DNA from: the human T2T-CHM13v2.0 reference genome, Homo sapiens
NCBI RefSeq assembly: GCF_009914755.1
Contig: NC_060928.1
DNA length: 64,000 nucleotides
Reading direction: 5' to 3' (one strand)
Under the pieces are notes generated by a model. It was not told the origin of the DNA, made no database searches, and saw only the letters and a list, made by a program, of their open reading frames with translations. A program made the position numbers and the translations under genes. Positions 14,381 to 29,548 of this stretch are shown one piece after another (position 1 is the first letter of the stretch; the number at the start of each line of letters is the position of its first letter).

Positions 14381-17300
14381 TACAAATTTCTGTTTAATAT
14401 AATGCAAGTGGTAATTAAAGATTGATGCTGCAAGAGTGTAAAATACAATAAAAGCTAACATTTTACCTTCCAATCCAGTTCTAAAAGATCTTTCTTAGAG
14501 AGATGTACAAATGAAAACATATGTGTTAGTCACCCTGTTATTTAGCAATTTTGTGCAATCTTGTAAACCTGCAATATAAAATAAAAAAAAACCTTTAAGA
14601 CATTCAGATTTTGGAAGTATACATTGTATTCCACTGCATTTAAAAGCAGACTTTTAAATATGCACCACCTCGTGTCAGGGCCAAAATTGTTCTGATTATG
14701 TATTGGAATATGTTTTGATCTTAAATATGTCTAGAACTTTAAGAACTTAAGGAAACTTCAGCAACATTATAAAAAGGTCATATCCAAGGCAAGTTGAAAA
14801 TTAGTAAGGCAGGTCTATTTAGAGAAGCTCTACCAAACCACCACTAAAATTACAAACTCTTCAGACTAAAAACGGTCTTTATATTTGTTGTCCAAAAAAA
14901 AAGGAAAGACTAACTTTAAGGAGATTTTCATTTTTAAAGGTTTTATCCACTAAAAATGTGTTTGTTTTTCGAATTAAAATAGAAACAGAAAAAGAAATAG
15001 AGGCAGTTCCTTGCACCCTGAATGTTAGCCAAAGTGGTGACAATTACAGAGTCACACTGAGAGTCCCCTTCTTGTTTCTCCAAATGCTCACCAGGAAAGA
15101 AAACACGGGCCTCCTCCTCTAGTACAGACTGACTCCCTGCTGTCTTTTGTAGAGCCAGATGGTGGCGCTGTGGTATCATTTGTTGAGAGTTTAGCTTTAA
15201 ATTCTGTTTTCTGTGAGCAAACAGCATTGTGTGAAAAGTCTCAGCCCTCTTTTGAAAAATAAAGTATTTTAAATAGACTTTATTCTTCCCTTTAACGATG
15301 AATAAGCCCATCATTTAAGCCCTTTAGGTTGTTTTAATGTTTACTATTTGTAAAAGAATGTATCTGAAACTTGTAAATATAGATGATTTACAGTGTACTT
15401 TCAAAAGGGTTGAGTGTAGATGGTGGTATTTTGTGTCTGTTGTTTTCTTAGTTCATAAAAATAAAAATGAAAAGAAATGGAAATATTTTGTCCATATTAT
15501 TTTCATATATTCATAATTTCTAAATAAAGTCTTATGACACCTCCAAGCCCCAACCTGCTGCCCAAATCATCAGAAAACAAAGACTTTTGTCAGCAAAAGT
15601 TAACTCAATTCTAATCCCACTTCCCTCTCTAACCCTTTCACCAATTTTGGTGAGAATGCCTGTTCCTACTGAAAGTGGTGCTATGAGGCTAGTTTGGCAA
15701 CATACACATCTGTACCTTTAATTCTCCCCCACACCTAGCCCTCTCTTATGTGCTCTGTTCATCTCACTAAGCCACTTTCTTCTTGGAAGGCTGGGTTTTA
15801 CCTGACCTACACCCGCAAAATGAAAACTGAAAACTGAGTTAGGCCAATGCAAAATTATGAATTGACCATTTTCTTCCTCACCTACATTAGGCCAATTTTG
15901 CATTGGCCTAACTCAGTTTTGCTTCTCCTTCACCTTTGGCTGACCCAGAACAAAAATCATGCTGGGAACCCTACCACACCCCTTTCACCCCACTTTTAAT
16001 TCTGAATAAAGTGAATGTCAGGATAACACAAATCAATGCAACTATTGGAACATCAGGTCCAAATAGACATATGGCAGGTGAAAAATGAAGTCCAAGAAAG
16101 AGAACACATCAGAAAGAGGCCATGTGCAATTTTAGAGTCTATACAACAAGGGCATTTGTGATCCATGGTGAAACCTCAGTCTCACCCGGGTTGTTCTGAT
16201 TGATGATGGAGGGGAGGAGAGGACGATTCATGGTGGTTTGTGAGTGCCAGCTGGAGGTCCCACCTATTCCTTTACCCACTGCCACATCCACTGCTCCAGG
16301 TAGGACGTCAGGTTCCACAGATTTTTCCCACCTCTTCTAGTTAAACTGTGAAACAATGTACATGCAGTTTAGCCATAGTCCTTTATAAGTATCTTTTTAA
16401 CCTATTTTTCAATGGAAACTGTATTGTTTTCTAAATAAAACCTTATGCTCGATCCCACTATGCCAAACAAATTAAAGCAGTATTTGAAATATAAATGTAT
16501 AACTTAAAATTCATAAAATTTACTTATTAAAAGGCAAGAAATTAGAAAAATGGATGACTGTTTCAGACCAAGGACTAAGCATTCAGTTTATTTTTGGTGT
16601 TTCGATGGATCCACATACAAAAGCTGTGTAAGAAAATGTCTATACTACAGAATTTAAAAGAAGCCACACCTAGCAGGCTTTGAAGATGCCCTCCTTCCCT
16701 AAGAGATTAAAGAAAAACATCACACTCAGAGTAATTAGATTCTGATAATGAACGTAGAAACATTGATCTATAGCACACTTTAAAGACCATTGTTCTAGAA
16801 CAATGCCCTGACTTTTGTGCCTAAATCTGTTTTGTTAGGCAACTTCCAATTCCTCCTATGTGTGGAATTGGTCTTAAACGACAGATCATATTTTCCAACT
16901 TGGTTCTATGGGAATTTCAACCATCATTGATGCTTGTCTGTAATTTAACATGCATTCTCTCTATATTTCTATTATCCTAGTTCTAATTGTCTTCTGAAAT
17001 TGTAATATTGAGATACACTCAAAAACAAATGATTTGAGAAAACACCTTCTCAAATTCCATGATGCTACTTAGTACTTTTGTGAACAACACACATAAGTCA
17101 AGAAGAATTTTCCTGTGTACAATGAGGGGAAGCTAAGCCTCAAAGCTTCAGAAGCACCAAGGACGTATGCAAACAGAAAATATGATGAACGCTCTCTCTT
17201 CTTGGCATGTTTTTCTCATCCAGTTTTCACATCTTAGTGCTCCTCCAGAACCTTTAAAATCAAAAAGGAAAAATGAGATTAAAAAGGGTGAAATGCCAAG

Positions 17301-19289
17301 AATCTTCCCTCTTTTCAGGGGTCAGTTCTGGGTTATAATCCTAAACTAATGTGGAATTGTCTTAAAAAGATAAAGCCTTTCTTATTTCTCCCATCTGCAG
17401 AAAAAAAAAAAGAATATGATTTACCTGATTACTGACTTTCTTTAGGGAATCTGTGAATGAGATGTTAGAGTATAATTTGTTTCCATTGTGAGTGCTTCTT
17501 CAAACTATAAAATCAAACTCCTAACAATTCTATCAGGGTGTCCCTAATCTTGAGCATAAATGATAGGTTCCTTTTAGATGGCAGTGATACGTCTGTGGAG
17601 TTTTATTTCCAGGGAGACAGGGCAGGATTTGCTGCTATGCAGACTGAATAATGTTTGAAGCCAACATCATGTCACATTTTGTGTGCACTTTCCAAAGATT
17701 AATCCAAGCGTTACAAATGGGACACAGACTGCCATTGTCCCAGGGACACTTTAATAACCCACACCTACAATATTCAACCTGTTGTTTGCATAGGGACAAC
17801 TTTGGGACACAAAAACCCACCAGAACGACTTAGGGAAAGGAGCCGTGGAGAGGCAGAGACCCAGGCGCCACGGCACCTCCACATCTCATCCTTCATGGCA
17901 AATGAGTCTGTTTGGAGTTTATTTATGCCCGAGGATGGGGGTCGTGCAGCTTGCTTTCTTCAAAGCGTCTCGGCGAGCCTTTCTCAAATCTGATGCCTGC
18001 TAACTCAGTTTCTCACTTCTGTTGCACTTTGGCAGGGTTTGCCAACTTGCAGATAATTTTTGTTTTGTTTTGCATAATGCAGCTTAAATTAAGGAACATT
18101 ATTCCCCTCAGAAATAAACTGTGCTTAACCAGTTTCTTCTTCCATTTTTCTCCCCACTCCCCTTCTCTCCTCACAATTCCTTGCATCTGTTGTTCTACTA
18201 GGATATTCTTCATGAATGGAAGACTCAGGAGAAAGCTTCAGGATGAAAAGATTGTGAGAGGCAGATGAGAAGAGCTAATAATTTTTACATTCCCCAATGT
18301 ATCATCTTTAAGTGCTCCCATGAAGTACTTATTACTGTAACCTTATTTACTTTAGAAAACAAACTGTAATGGTCTGGTAAATCAAAATTGATGACTAAGT
18401 TTCACATTGAGTTTAAAATATCAATAACCTACTTTTTCACATAAGAAGATATTTTAGCATAAAGACAAAAAACTAAGAGATACAATGAGCAGAATCATAG
18501 TTATGATATATTTAATCTCAGATATAATATTTTGAACAGTAGCACAAAAATAATTTCTTTTCATAATACATTATTACTATAGTATATAGTAGTGTGACTA
18601 TAACAGGTAGAAAAAATTCAAAACCAACAGAAATCTTTAAAGGAAAATACTTTCGGAAATCACAATAAGGCAAAAAGACTTATAGAAGCATCATGAAGAA
18701 AAAGACTATGTAAGTGTGTATTATATATATGTTATATATTATTTTAAAAAGGAATCATATACCTTTACTTAATTTCCACCTTAATGACAGATTTCCATTA
18801 AGTGAAAAATTACAAGAGAAAGAATCAATAAACAGAAAGGCAGTAGTGTATATTTTGCTAAAGAACATGGTCCTTCAATTTAAACTTAAGCTTGGTACTT
18901 TTTAAAATAAGTATAAATAAATTTATTGAAATACAACATTTCAAATTTACCTTTATTGCTTGGTATAATTTTTTAGTTAAAATTATTGTATTTCTTTAAT
19001 AGATTATTTTATTACCACTCTTGTAAACAGGTGAGCAAGTATAGGATTCTTCCTAACTTCTGTAAATGTTATTAATCCCAAATTACGGGATTAATCCCAA
19101 CGTTATTTACACAGGAATATGTGTATAATGCTACAGGTCTTAAATGCAATTATATTATCAGCAGTGGTTCATGTGAAAACCAAAGGTAGATTGTTTTGAC
19201 TTTCTAAGCTTAGTATGAGGCAGTAAATGTACTGCAGCTAGTTGGGGAAAGCATTGAGGAGCGTGTGGAAGAATCCAAGTTTCTTCTCT

Positions 19290-19750
19290 ACTCAGCAACC
19301 CACAAGGCTTAAGGCAAGGTGTTGGCTGAGCCGCCTTTCTGGAGCCCGGAGTTCTCTTCCAAGTTCACATGGTTGCTGGAAGAATTAAGTTCCTTGCACT
19401 GACAGGACAGAGGCCCCTATTCTCTTACTGGCTATTGACCTGAGGCCCACTCAGCTCTTAAGGTTGCCCACAGCTCCCCAGGTGGCCATTTCCAGATGCC
19501 CTCCCAGGCTTTAAATGTCTTTGACTTCTGGAAGGGCCCAGTCCCTTTGAAGGGACTATTTGATTAGGTCAGACCCACCACCATCATCTAGCTTCTGATT
19601 AACTCAAAGTTGACTGATTAGTGACCTAATCAAAGATTGATACTCCACTAGAGTCACAAGTCTTCCCTACACGCAAAGAAGGAGGATTATATAAAACTCA
19701 TATAGCACAGGGGGAATTTTGAAAGCCATCTTAGAATTCTGCCTACCACA
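19290..19750 (-). mobile_element. MLT1E-like MaLR LTR
   Basis: Ends GCCATCTTAGAATTCTGCCTACCACA; internal TGATTAGGTCAGACCCAC and GATTAACTCAAAGT. Confidence 0.7.
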
Positions 19751-19867
19751 GAAGCTAATTCCAGATAGTGAAATGGTTGCAAAGGAAATGAAGTTGGAGA
19801 CAAGCAGAGGGGAATCTATGTAGAGTGGTCAGAAAAGGAGTCTCTGGAGCAGTAATACTTGATCTGA

Positions 19868-20216
<349 letters not shown>

Positions 20217-20266
20217 AGTCATGGGAACGTACTTGTAAAGAGTGTTTAGCTATCCAATTTAATGTA

Positions 20267-20588
20267 CAGTCATGCATCATTTAACAATGGGGTACGTTCT
20301 CAGAAATATATTGTTAGGTCATTTCACAGTTTTGTAAACATCATAGGGTGTACTTACCCAAACCTAGATGGTATAGCCTACTACACACCTACGATGTGAG
20401 GTATAGCCGATTGCTCTAGGCTACAAACCCTACAGCATGTTACTGATTGAATGTTGACAAAATGGCAAGTATTTGTGAATCTAAACATAGAAAAGGCTCA
20501 GCAAAAATGTGGTATTATAATCTTACAGGACCACCATTGTATATGCGGTCCATCATTGACCAAAATGTCATTATGTGAAACATGGCTG
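20267..20588 (+). mobile_element. Tigger3a/MER7A-type MITE
   Basis: TA-CAGTCATGC...AACCTAGATGGTATAGCCTACTACACACCTA...CATGGCTG-TA. Confidence 0.85.
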
Positions 20589-21165
20589 TATTACTGTAAT
20601 AGTGTTAAAATTCCACTTACATGTCAAAATAGATGCTATTTTTTGAGGTTTTATAAGGAAATTCCTATTTCTAATACATGTTTTTGAATAAAACTTCTTT
20701 TTCTAGAAGCTCAAATGAGTTCCTGCAGTACAGAGAACCTGCGATGTGCTTGAGCTTCTAACTGTAAGCTAACTTTCTAGAGGTTCTGCAGAAAAATGTG
20801 TCTGAATAGCTATTAATGGAGAGATGCTGAAGTGATTTGCCCTTGGAAAGATACAGAGGAAGGTGCCTGCAAATTTACAATTATAATTTCATCATGATGG
20901 TGGCTGGTGTCAGAACCACTCACGCATTTACTCAAAAAGCATTTGTGGTAGGATAATTTTAAAATATCAATTTGTGTTCTACTTCAGCATTTTTCCCTCC
21001 TTTCCTCCCCTCCTCCAAGCTCAGAGTCAAGGCCCTGTGTGTCTCTTTGCCTGGGAGACTTTGCAGAGGGGAAAGCAGACTCATCAGCTACTTTTCCCGT
21101 CTTTGGTAAAAACTTAATCAGAGAGAGAATGTTAGCTCTGGAGAGGCAGACATACCAGAGACTTA

Positions 21166-21613
<448 letters not shown>

Positions 21614-22344
21614 TCACAGGAGCTCAGAGGGGAGGGGAGGCTCTGTGGTGTAGGATCACAGTCTTTCCAAATAATCTTATTTCCAAAACATGATCAGAAA
21701 TAGCAAAGCCATTAGACCTGAAGAGACTCTCCCTTCAGCCTAGGACAATAAGCATCTTACTAGATAACAAGTGTGGACCCATGTCCTTAGGGGCCGCCTA
21801 GACAAGATGACTGTGTTTAGGAACCCAGGATCTTGGCACAAACCTGGTTGGAGGGAAAGGTGAATGAAAACCTTGGGAATGACTATGATCGGATTCCCCA
21901 AGTCATGTTTAAATCCACATAAGTGAGTAGGGCATGCATTTATGCACATCATATTAAATACATATGTACCAGGTGCATCCAGAAACTGCTTAAAAAATCT
22001 GTCCTTTTAAATTCATATCTAAGAAGCAGAAGTGCTCTTATGTGTTATTGACAACACAGAATAAACTTTACTAGTTTAAGTGATTTAAAGCAGTTCTATG
22101 CTTTAGAGATTTCAGTCTTTCTCTACCTTTCCAATGCCTCTCCCCACCCTCAGAATGGATCATGGTGTGGCTGAAAGAGAACTGGACCAGGAGGCCAGAG
22201 CCCTGGGTTTGTTATGTGGCAACCATTGGTTGAGTGCTCTTATTATGCAGCACGCTAGGCTTACAAAGATACATAACACCAGTTCCTGTCTTGTACATTC
22301 CAAGAATGGAGAAAAACAATACAGAGAAAAAAGCAGGGGGTAGG

Positions 22345-22480
22345 CAATATGGCAGAGTGGTTACTCACTGAGGCTCAGAGAACAGGAGCTCCGATCTCAG
22401 CTCTTCCACTGCTTAGCGGTCTGATCTTGGGCAAACCATTTAAAGACCCTCAACCTCAGTTACTTCACATGTTAAATAGC
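22345..22480 (+). mobile_element. MIR fragment
   Basis: GGCAATATGGCAGAGTGGTTA...CAGCTCTTCCACTGCTTAGC...TTGGGCAA...CCTCAGTT. Confidence 0.7.
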
Positions 22481-25400
22481 TTCTACAGTTAATAGGATCT
22501 ATTAATAATTTATGCCTCAGTATTATTGTGGCTAGAAATCGTATTTATAAAAGTTTACTATAAGTAAGTCATTGCAATGCACTGTTAAGTACCATGGGTA
22601 TTGTATTTATTTATGTGACTCTAAATTGATTCTTTCAGCAGTCAACACATCTTTACTGAGGGCCTACTATGTTCCTAGATTTGAGTGACAAATATTAAAA
22701 ACTCTCCAAGACTGCTTCTTTTGTAAAATGAGAGATTTGGAATAGATACTCCCTAAAGTCCCTAAAACTTGGTCATATGCTCAAGGGGAAACTACAGAAC
22801 TGCAGCCCCTTTTTTTTTTTTAACAAAAATCTTTAGATTATATCTACATAGGCATATTTGAGGGGAGGGAATCAAAAGAAAAGAACAGAAAATGTTAAAT
22901 TGAGCCAAGTGACTACTGATTTTTAAAATAAATAGAAATAAAAATTTTGGAAGCTAGCTAATAACTAAAATTTGAATAATTACATTATTGAACAATTCCA
23001 GTCAGTGAAATAGAGACTATGTGGTTATCTGGTATATTTAATCAGTAAAGATAATCAATTAGTATGATTTAGCTAGATGTGATATCTCAAGTATATCCTT
23101 TGTTTCTTTATGTAATTAAAAGTTTAATTCAAAATCCAATTGAATTCACTCAACTAATTTCTAATCAAATTGCTATGTTTTGTTTTTGTTTAAAAAGAAA
23201 CATATTTGAATTAATTCATAGGTGTCTGTTTTCCTTACTGAGTTCTATAAATATGACTACAATAATTCTCAGTGAGACACTAAGGAAATCTTATTTTATT
23301 CATGAATCAAATAAATGAAAACATCGCTAGGTCTAGAATGCATCAAAACATTTAAAAGACTGAACTTCTCTTAAATGTTGCATATTTTTAAAAATGAAAG
23401 CTCCTATGTTTCCTGGGCTTGGATTAATATGTAGAGTAGGAGTTGGTCTAATACCTAACCTACCAAATTCCTATGTAATGTTATAGGTTGACGATAACGC
23501 CTCACAGGAAAGAGGTAGGAAACAATGGTAACCATAGCAAGGGAAGTTTTCTAGCACAAGTAAAATATATGATATGACAATCAGCACGATGTAGTGTGAT
23601 AGCAGCAATCCTGTGTAAACGAGGAGATTCTGTGCATTGCTTCTTCAGAACTGTGGCTTTCACTGACATTTACAAATGAGGATGGGAAAATGATATGACC
23701 CTTTCTGGGCAGCCACTGCCATAAAGCTGAAAAGTGTTGCAATGTCTGACACGTATCTTATCAAGTTTGGATCGAACAATTTGGAAACACCCAATTTCTA
23801 GAGATGTAAGTAGCATTGAGGAAACAAACAGGATTAGTTTATGTTGCATCAGAGAGACAGAAATACTTCTTTTCTACTCATGTATTTGTATTGTATTAAA
23901 GATTTGGTTCTTATTTAAATAAAAAGGCCCCCATTAAATGTCCCAGATAGCATTTTAATGGGTATCATGAATCCTTAACTTTCACTGTTATCAAAAAGTT
24001 TTTATGTTTTTCTTAGATACTTGCATGGGTAGTTATAAATAGTAACCTGGATACATATAGAAGAAATTTAAGAGACATTATAGTGATGAAAGTTATTTTA
24101 TAATTATTCCCAGTTTGTTAAATAATTACTACTACTGTTAAAATATGTATTTAGCCAATATTTGAATAATTGAATCAATTTTCTTTCTTTTAAATTGTAG
24201 ATATAGACACCAACGTTAAAAGGAATTCTGGCAATTAGCTGGCTTATTTGCACCTAGGCATAAAATATGCTGGAAAACACTGAATGAATTCAATCTTACT
24301 GCTAATTATTTTCCTAGCAGTTAATAGGTAATGTCATTAGCACAAAAACGTAATTAGTGCTCAATACAACTAATAAACTGAATCAAATTTAATTGAAAAT
24401 AATCGTTTGTTGGTCAAATTTCTATTTTTTCCCAGATCTATTATTTAGCTAGTAACAAATTATTTTTTCAGTAAGCTTGGTAATATACCTGCATGAGAGT
24501 GAACTCAATTGTTTATATGAAAGTAAGCAATTAATCTAATTTATATAGATTGATTTTCCCAACCAATTAAACAAACCAGATAATTACCAAATTTCTAGTT
24601 AAGTTTCCCTTTTCAGTTTAGTTTTTAAAATAAAAGGTGTATTTTAGAGACCTGAGCAAAAGTTAAATTTAACTATTATTTAAAATTGAGTTTAATTTGA
24701 AAGTTTTAAGGTGAATAAGTTTGTGTATGTGTAAACAAACTGCACTGTTTTTTCTTATTTTCTTTTTTTATTTTCAGTTCCAAGTTCTAATTCAATGACA
24801 TAGTCCTGAAAGATTTGTCACATAAAGTATGATATGTGAGTAAACAGAGACTTCTAAATAAAATATAACACTATTTTATTAAATATTTTTAATTTACACA
24901 AATGGATTTACTGATATTGGGTATAAAATAATTAACTCCTCCTTCTATGTAGACTTTCTATTAATAATGTAAATAGCGCCTTCTAACAGTAGTTTTACAA
25001 TACTTACAACAGCATTTCTTTCAACTTCATAAAAAAGTAAATAGTTAAAGCACTGCACTTTCTCACATTTTTAATGGAAAGTAATGAGAAATAAAATAGC
25101 TAAACACCATGCGTTATTGAAAATCTCAGATATGTTGATGTCATACTAACAGTAAAACAGAAACAACTTCACTAATAATTATGGGGGAAATTTGGTTAAA
25201 CTAATCAATATAAAAATGCATACAGACACATCTCAGGTTAAATTACTATAAGGGGTTCAACCCACGTTAAAAATCTTACCCAGTCCCTACTCTGCAATTA
25301 AATGATATAGCATATATCCCTTTAAAATCCTGTATGTAGAATATACTGCATGTGTGCCCCCTCCTACATATTTTGGTGTTTTGAGGGAGACAGAGAATCC

Positions 25401-25738
25401 AGCATCCAGGCCTGGAGCTTTCTGTCTATTGTACAGTAGCTGTTTCAGACCTGTATGCTTATGTTTCCGATTCCTGGGAAGTTCTTTCTGCCGCAGGGCG
25501 TGCCCTGAAACACATCAAAAGAACCAAGTTCTACAAAAGAAAAAAGAAACTCAAGTAGGCTTGAACATACAAAGAGAGGGAGAAAGAGATGAGAAAGGGG
25601 CCAGGCAAAGTGTTGAATACAAAATGAGTTCAGGCAACCCCAGGAGCTCTTCATCACTTACATTTATCTTATTCTGTGAGGGGAGCGTCAAAACCAGCCC
25701 TGACATAAACCACCCACTGCCATTGACTTTGACTCTAT

Positions 25739-25805
25739 GTGTGAGAGTGAGTGTGTGTGTGTGTGAGTGTGTGTGTGTGACAGAGAGAGAGAAAGAGAGA
25801 GAGAG
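25739..25805. repeat. Compound (GT)n/(GA)n microsatellite
   Basis: Direct reading. Confidence 0.9.
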
Positions 25806-26812
25806 ATGTATTGAACATAAAAAGGAGCAGATTTCATGAGGTGTTACTAGTACCTCACAAGAATTAAAAAAGAAAACATTTTACAACACCAATGACCAAA
25901 GTCCCAAGAAAATAAATTTAGTATGGTTTTTGTGTAACTCCTCTATAGTGTTTACATCAGAATCTTCGAATTGTGCATTGCTTTAACATCTTTACTGCCG
26001 TATCTATATTGCACCTTCTGTACTTGTTATCATAAAGCATGTAAGATTTTTAATTTCTACTTGCAATATTTTGTGCATGTTTTATATTTCAGGGCAAAAA
26101 CCCATAGTCAACATCTCTGCAACAAGATAAATTCTCTATGATAAATTTAAAAAAACCATAATTAAGGGTCAAGGATCCAAATAACTGAAGGAATAATGGA
26201 AATGTTTTCTAAATCTATGCTAATTCCATCTTTGAAAGTAAGACCCCCAAATTCTGACCCTGTGTCCTGTTTAAAAGTGTAATGCAGTTGATAAACCCCT
26301 TGTGCAAAAGATCGTAAGCGCATTTAGGTGACTGTGTCAGGTTTTCTTAGCAGACTAAGCCAAGCTCTGCTCCAATGGCCTTGTTTGAACATAGAAAGTG
26401 TTTCAGTTGGCCAGCAGTCTGGAATGAAAGGTAGAATCCTCACATCCTATGTACATGCAGTGGAATTTTGTAGCCTGAAGGAACTACAGTGATCTTTAAA
26501 TTCATTTACAGGGTTTTCCTCTGTTTTGATTTTCTTCCATTTTCTTAAGCAAATAAAAGAATTAAAATTTTCAAGTAATTTACAATTTGGGGGCAATCAC
26601 ACTCAACTCTGATACTGTGACATGTCAGTAATTATCAGAATAAAATTATATCATTTCAATATCATTTATATAAGCAACTATCCCAAAAACCTGTCTTGAG
26701 AGAAAGAGAGAAAAAAGTAGAATTGATAAAGAAAAATTAAGCACGAGTACCAATTCTGAATGTTGCGAGTCATGGTCCAAGTTTTTTCTCCCTTCAAAAC
26801 CACACCTTTTTT

Positions 26813-27110
26813 GGCCGGGTGCGGTGGCTCGCACCTGTAATCCCAGCACTTTGGGAGGCCAAGATGGGCGGATCACAAGGTCAGGAGTTCGAGACCAACC
26901 TGGCCAACATAGTGAAACCGTGTCTCTACTAAAAATACAAAAATTAGCCGGGCATGGTGGCACGCACCTGTAGTCCTAGCCACTCGGGAGGCTGAGGCAG
27001 AAGAATCGCTTGAACCCAGGAGATGGAGGCTGCAGCAAGCCGAGATTGCCCCAACGCACACCAGCCCGGGCAACAGTGTGAGACTTCGTCTCAAAAAAAA
27101 AAACAAAAAA
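26813..27110 (+). mobile_element. AluSg-like
   Basis: GATCACAAGGTCAGGAGTTCGAG; TSD-like ACACCTTTTT on both sides. Confidence 0.95.
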
Positions 27111-27620
27111 CACCTTTTTCAAATATACTACACAAATTTATCATATGATTTTATGTGGTTCCTTTTTTAAAATTGCTTACCTTTTTCTGATTAGCATTTA
27201 TGCCACTGCAAAGTGTGAATGCAACAATTGAAAAAGCAGACAAAAGACTTTCCTAAAGATTAAAAACAAAAATGTAAAAAACTACAACCATCATCACACT
27301 GCATCCAATTGCCAGGTGTGTGGCGCTTCCTGGCTGCACAGTTCCTATATCTTCAATGTTAGGGAGAAAAGGAAAAAAAGCACAGCATACCATTCATGTG
27401 ACCCTCAGAATCCCAAGGGTCCTTCACTTTGCAGGTTTTACAAGCCAGCCTGAAGGTCAGTGTCATCTACCATGATGCCCCTGAATGTCAAGGTGTTCCT
27501 TAGGATCTAAAACTAGGATGTAAAAATAAATTAAAAATTGTCCCCACCATCCATGAGACTATCACAGACAACAGACAATTAAACAACTCATTATAATATA
27601 CCAGGTAAGAACTCTAATAG

Positions 27621-27974
27621 TAGTCATGTGTTGCTTAACCATGGAGATCCATTCAGGAAAAATGAGTCATTAGGTGATTTTTGTCAAAATGTGAACATCA
27701 CAGAGTGAGTATCCTCACCTAAACCTAGATGGTTTAGCCTACTACACGCCTAGGTTATATAATATAACCTATTGCTCTGAGGCTACCAACCGGTACAGCA
27801 CGCCGCTGTACAGAATACCGCAGGCAATTGTAACACAATGGTAAGTATTTGCATATCTACACATGTCTAAACATAGGAAAGGTACAGTAAAAATATGGTG
27901 TTAAAATATTATGACACCATTATTATATATGCAGTCTGTCATTAACCAAGACATCCTTATGCATCATGTGACTA
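27621..27974 (+). mobile_element. Tigger3a/MER7A-type MITE (second copy)
   Basis: AGTCATGTG...AAACCTAGATGGTTTAGCCTACTACACGCCTAGG...CATGTGACTA. Confidence 0.85.
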
Positions 27975-29185
27975 TATGGGACAAATAAAAGAGATCCATA
28001 CTCTGTAACATTCTGTTCTTGGGTAAGAAGTCCTTAAGAAATATTAGAATTTAATGATTCTAATACAGCAGAAGAGTTGTTTGCTGCACAACTTTTTGTT
28101 CTTTGAAGTCACAGGGCCCCTCAAGTAAAAATGCCCTCAACCTTTCAAAAGCCTAGCCATCCCATAAAACCAGTCCTACCTCCTCCATGATTTCTTCTTT
28201 TATTATTCTAAAACTTTATCTTCCTCTCTGCAACTACTATATCTATTAGTCTTCATTGTTTAACTTAGTACTTGGTTATGTGGAATCTTTAGGTGGTTGA
28301 TATTGTTTTATGTAATATGGTAGATGTATCTCCCAACCAGATTATGAGCCTATCCAGGGCAGACTTTATGTTGTATACCAGTGCATTTTCTATTTTCCAA
28401 AGTACCTAGCTTAATTTAACACAATTACAGTAATAGATAATTAGTAATAGCTTAATTTATTTTTTGGTGAAGAAATGTGTAAATTTTGCAAATGAGTATT
28501 TCTTCACACTGCATGCTAGTCTAAAATTCCCTAAATGTTTCTTTATGTAGCACCAGTTCTAAAGATGCTAATAAACATGACTCAAAAACTTAACTTCATG
28601 TTGAAATGTTAGGGACGTATTGATTTAAACATAGTTAAATAAATTATTTTGTACTGGACTTCTCAAAATCTTTAAAACTTGTATAATTAAATCTTCAAGA
28701 GAGGTAGATAAAATGCAGTGTTTCCCAAGTGTGCCTAATGAGAAAACTGTTTTTGAAATTAGTGTTCACAGACCTTACTATGGGAATTCTGGTGTCTTCC
28801 AAGGTCTTTAGAGCTGATTTCTACACTTAGTTCAGTCAAATTACTTGCTGAAATAACTGGTTGGTTGATTCAATTTATCTGGTAAGTGCTATCAATCCAC
28901 TAACACAATTAGAAACACTCAGTCTTCTCTAAATCCTGTAACATTAGCAAAGATTTTGATAAACATGAAACCTAGGTACAAGCTCTCCTAACAAGGACAT
29001 AGAGGTAAGGATCACACTGATCCCTTCTGATGCAGGCCTAAGTTAAGATTCACAGTTTGTGTCCACATTCAGGGTTCCTGCTGTTGATTTACAGTTTTTG
29101 ATTCTGTTATTTAATGGCTGAAATATGCCATCTACTCCTCAGGTTTCAAGAAAAAGGGAAGTTTCTTATTTAAGAGCATATATTC

Positions 29186-29548
<363 letters not shown>

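Noticed and set aside
25354-25839. 161-aa ORF
   Set aside because: GTG start, runs through a GT/GA microsatellite, no domain similarity
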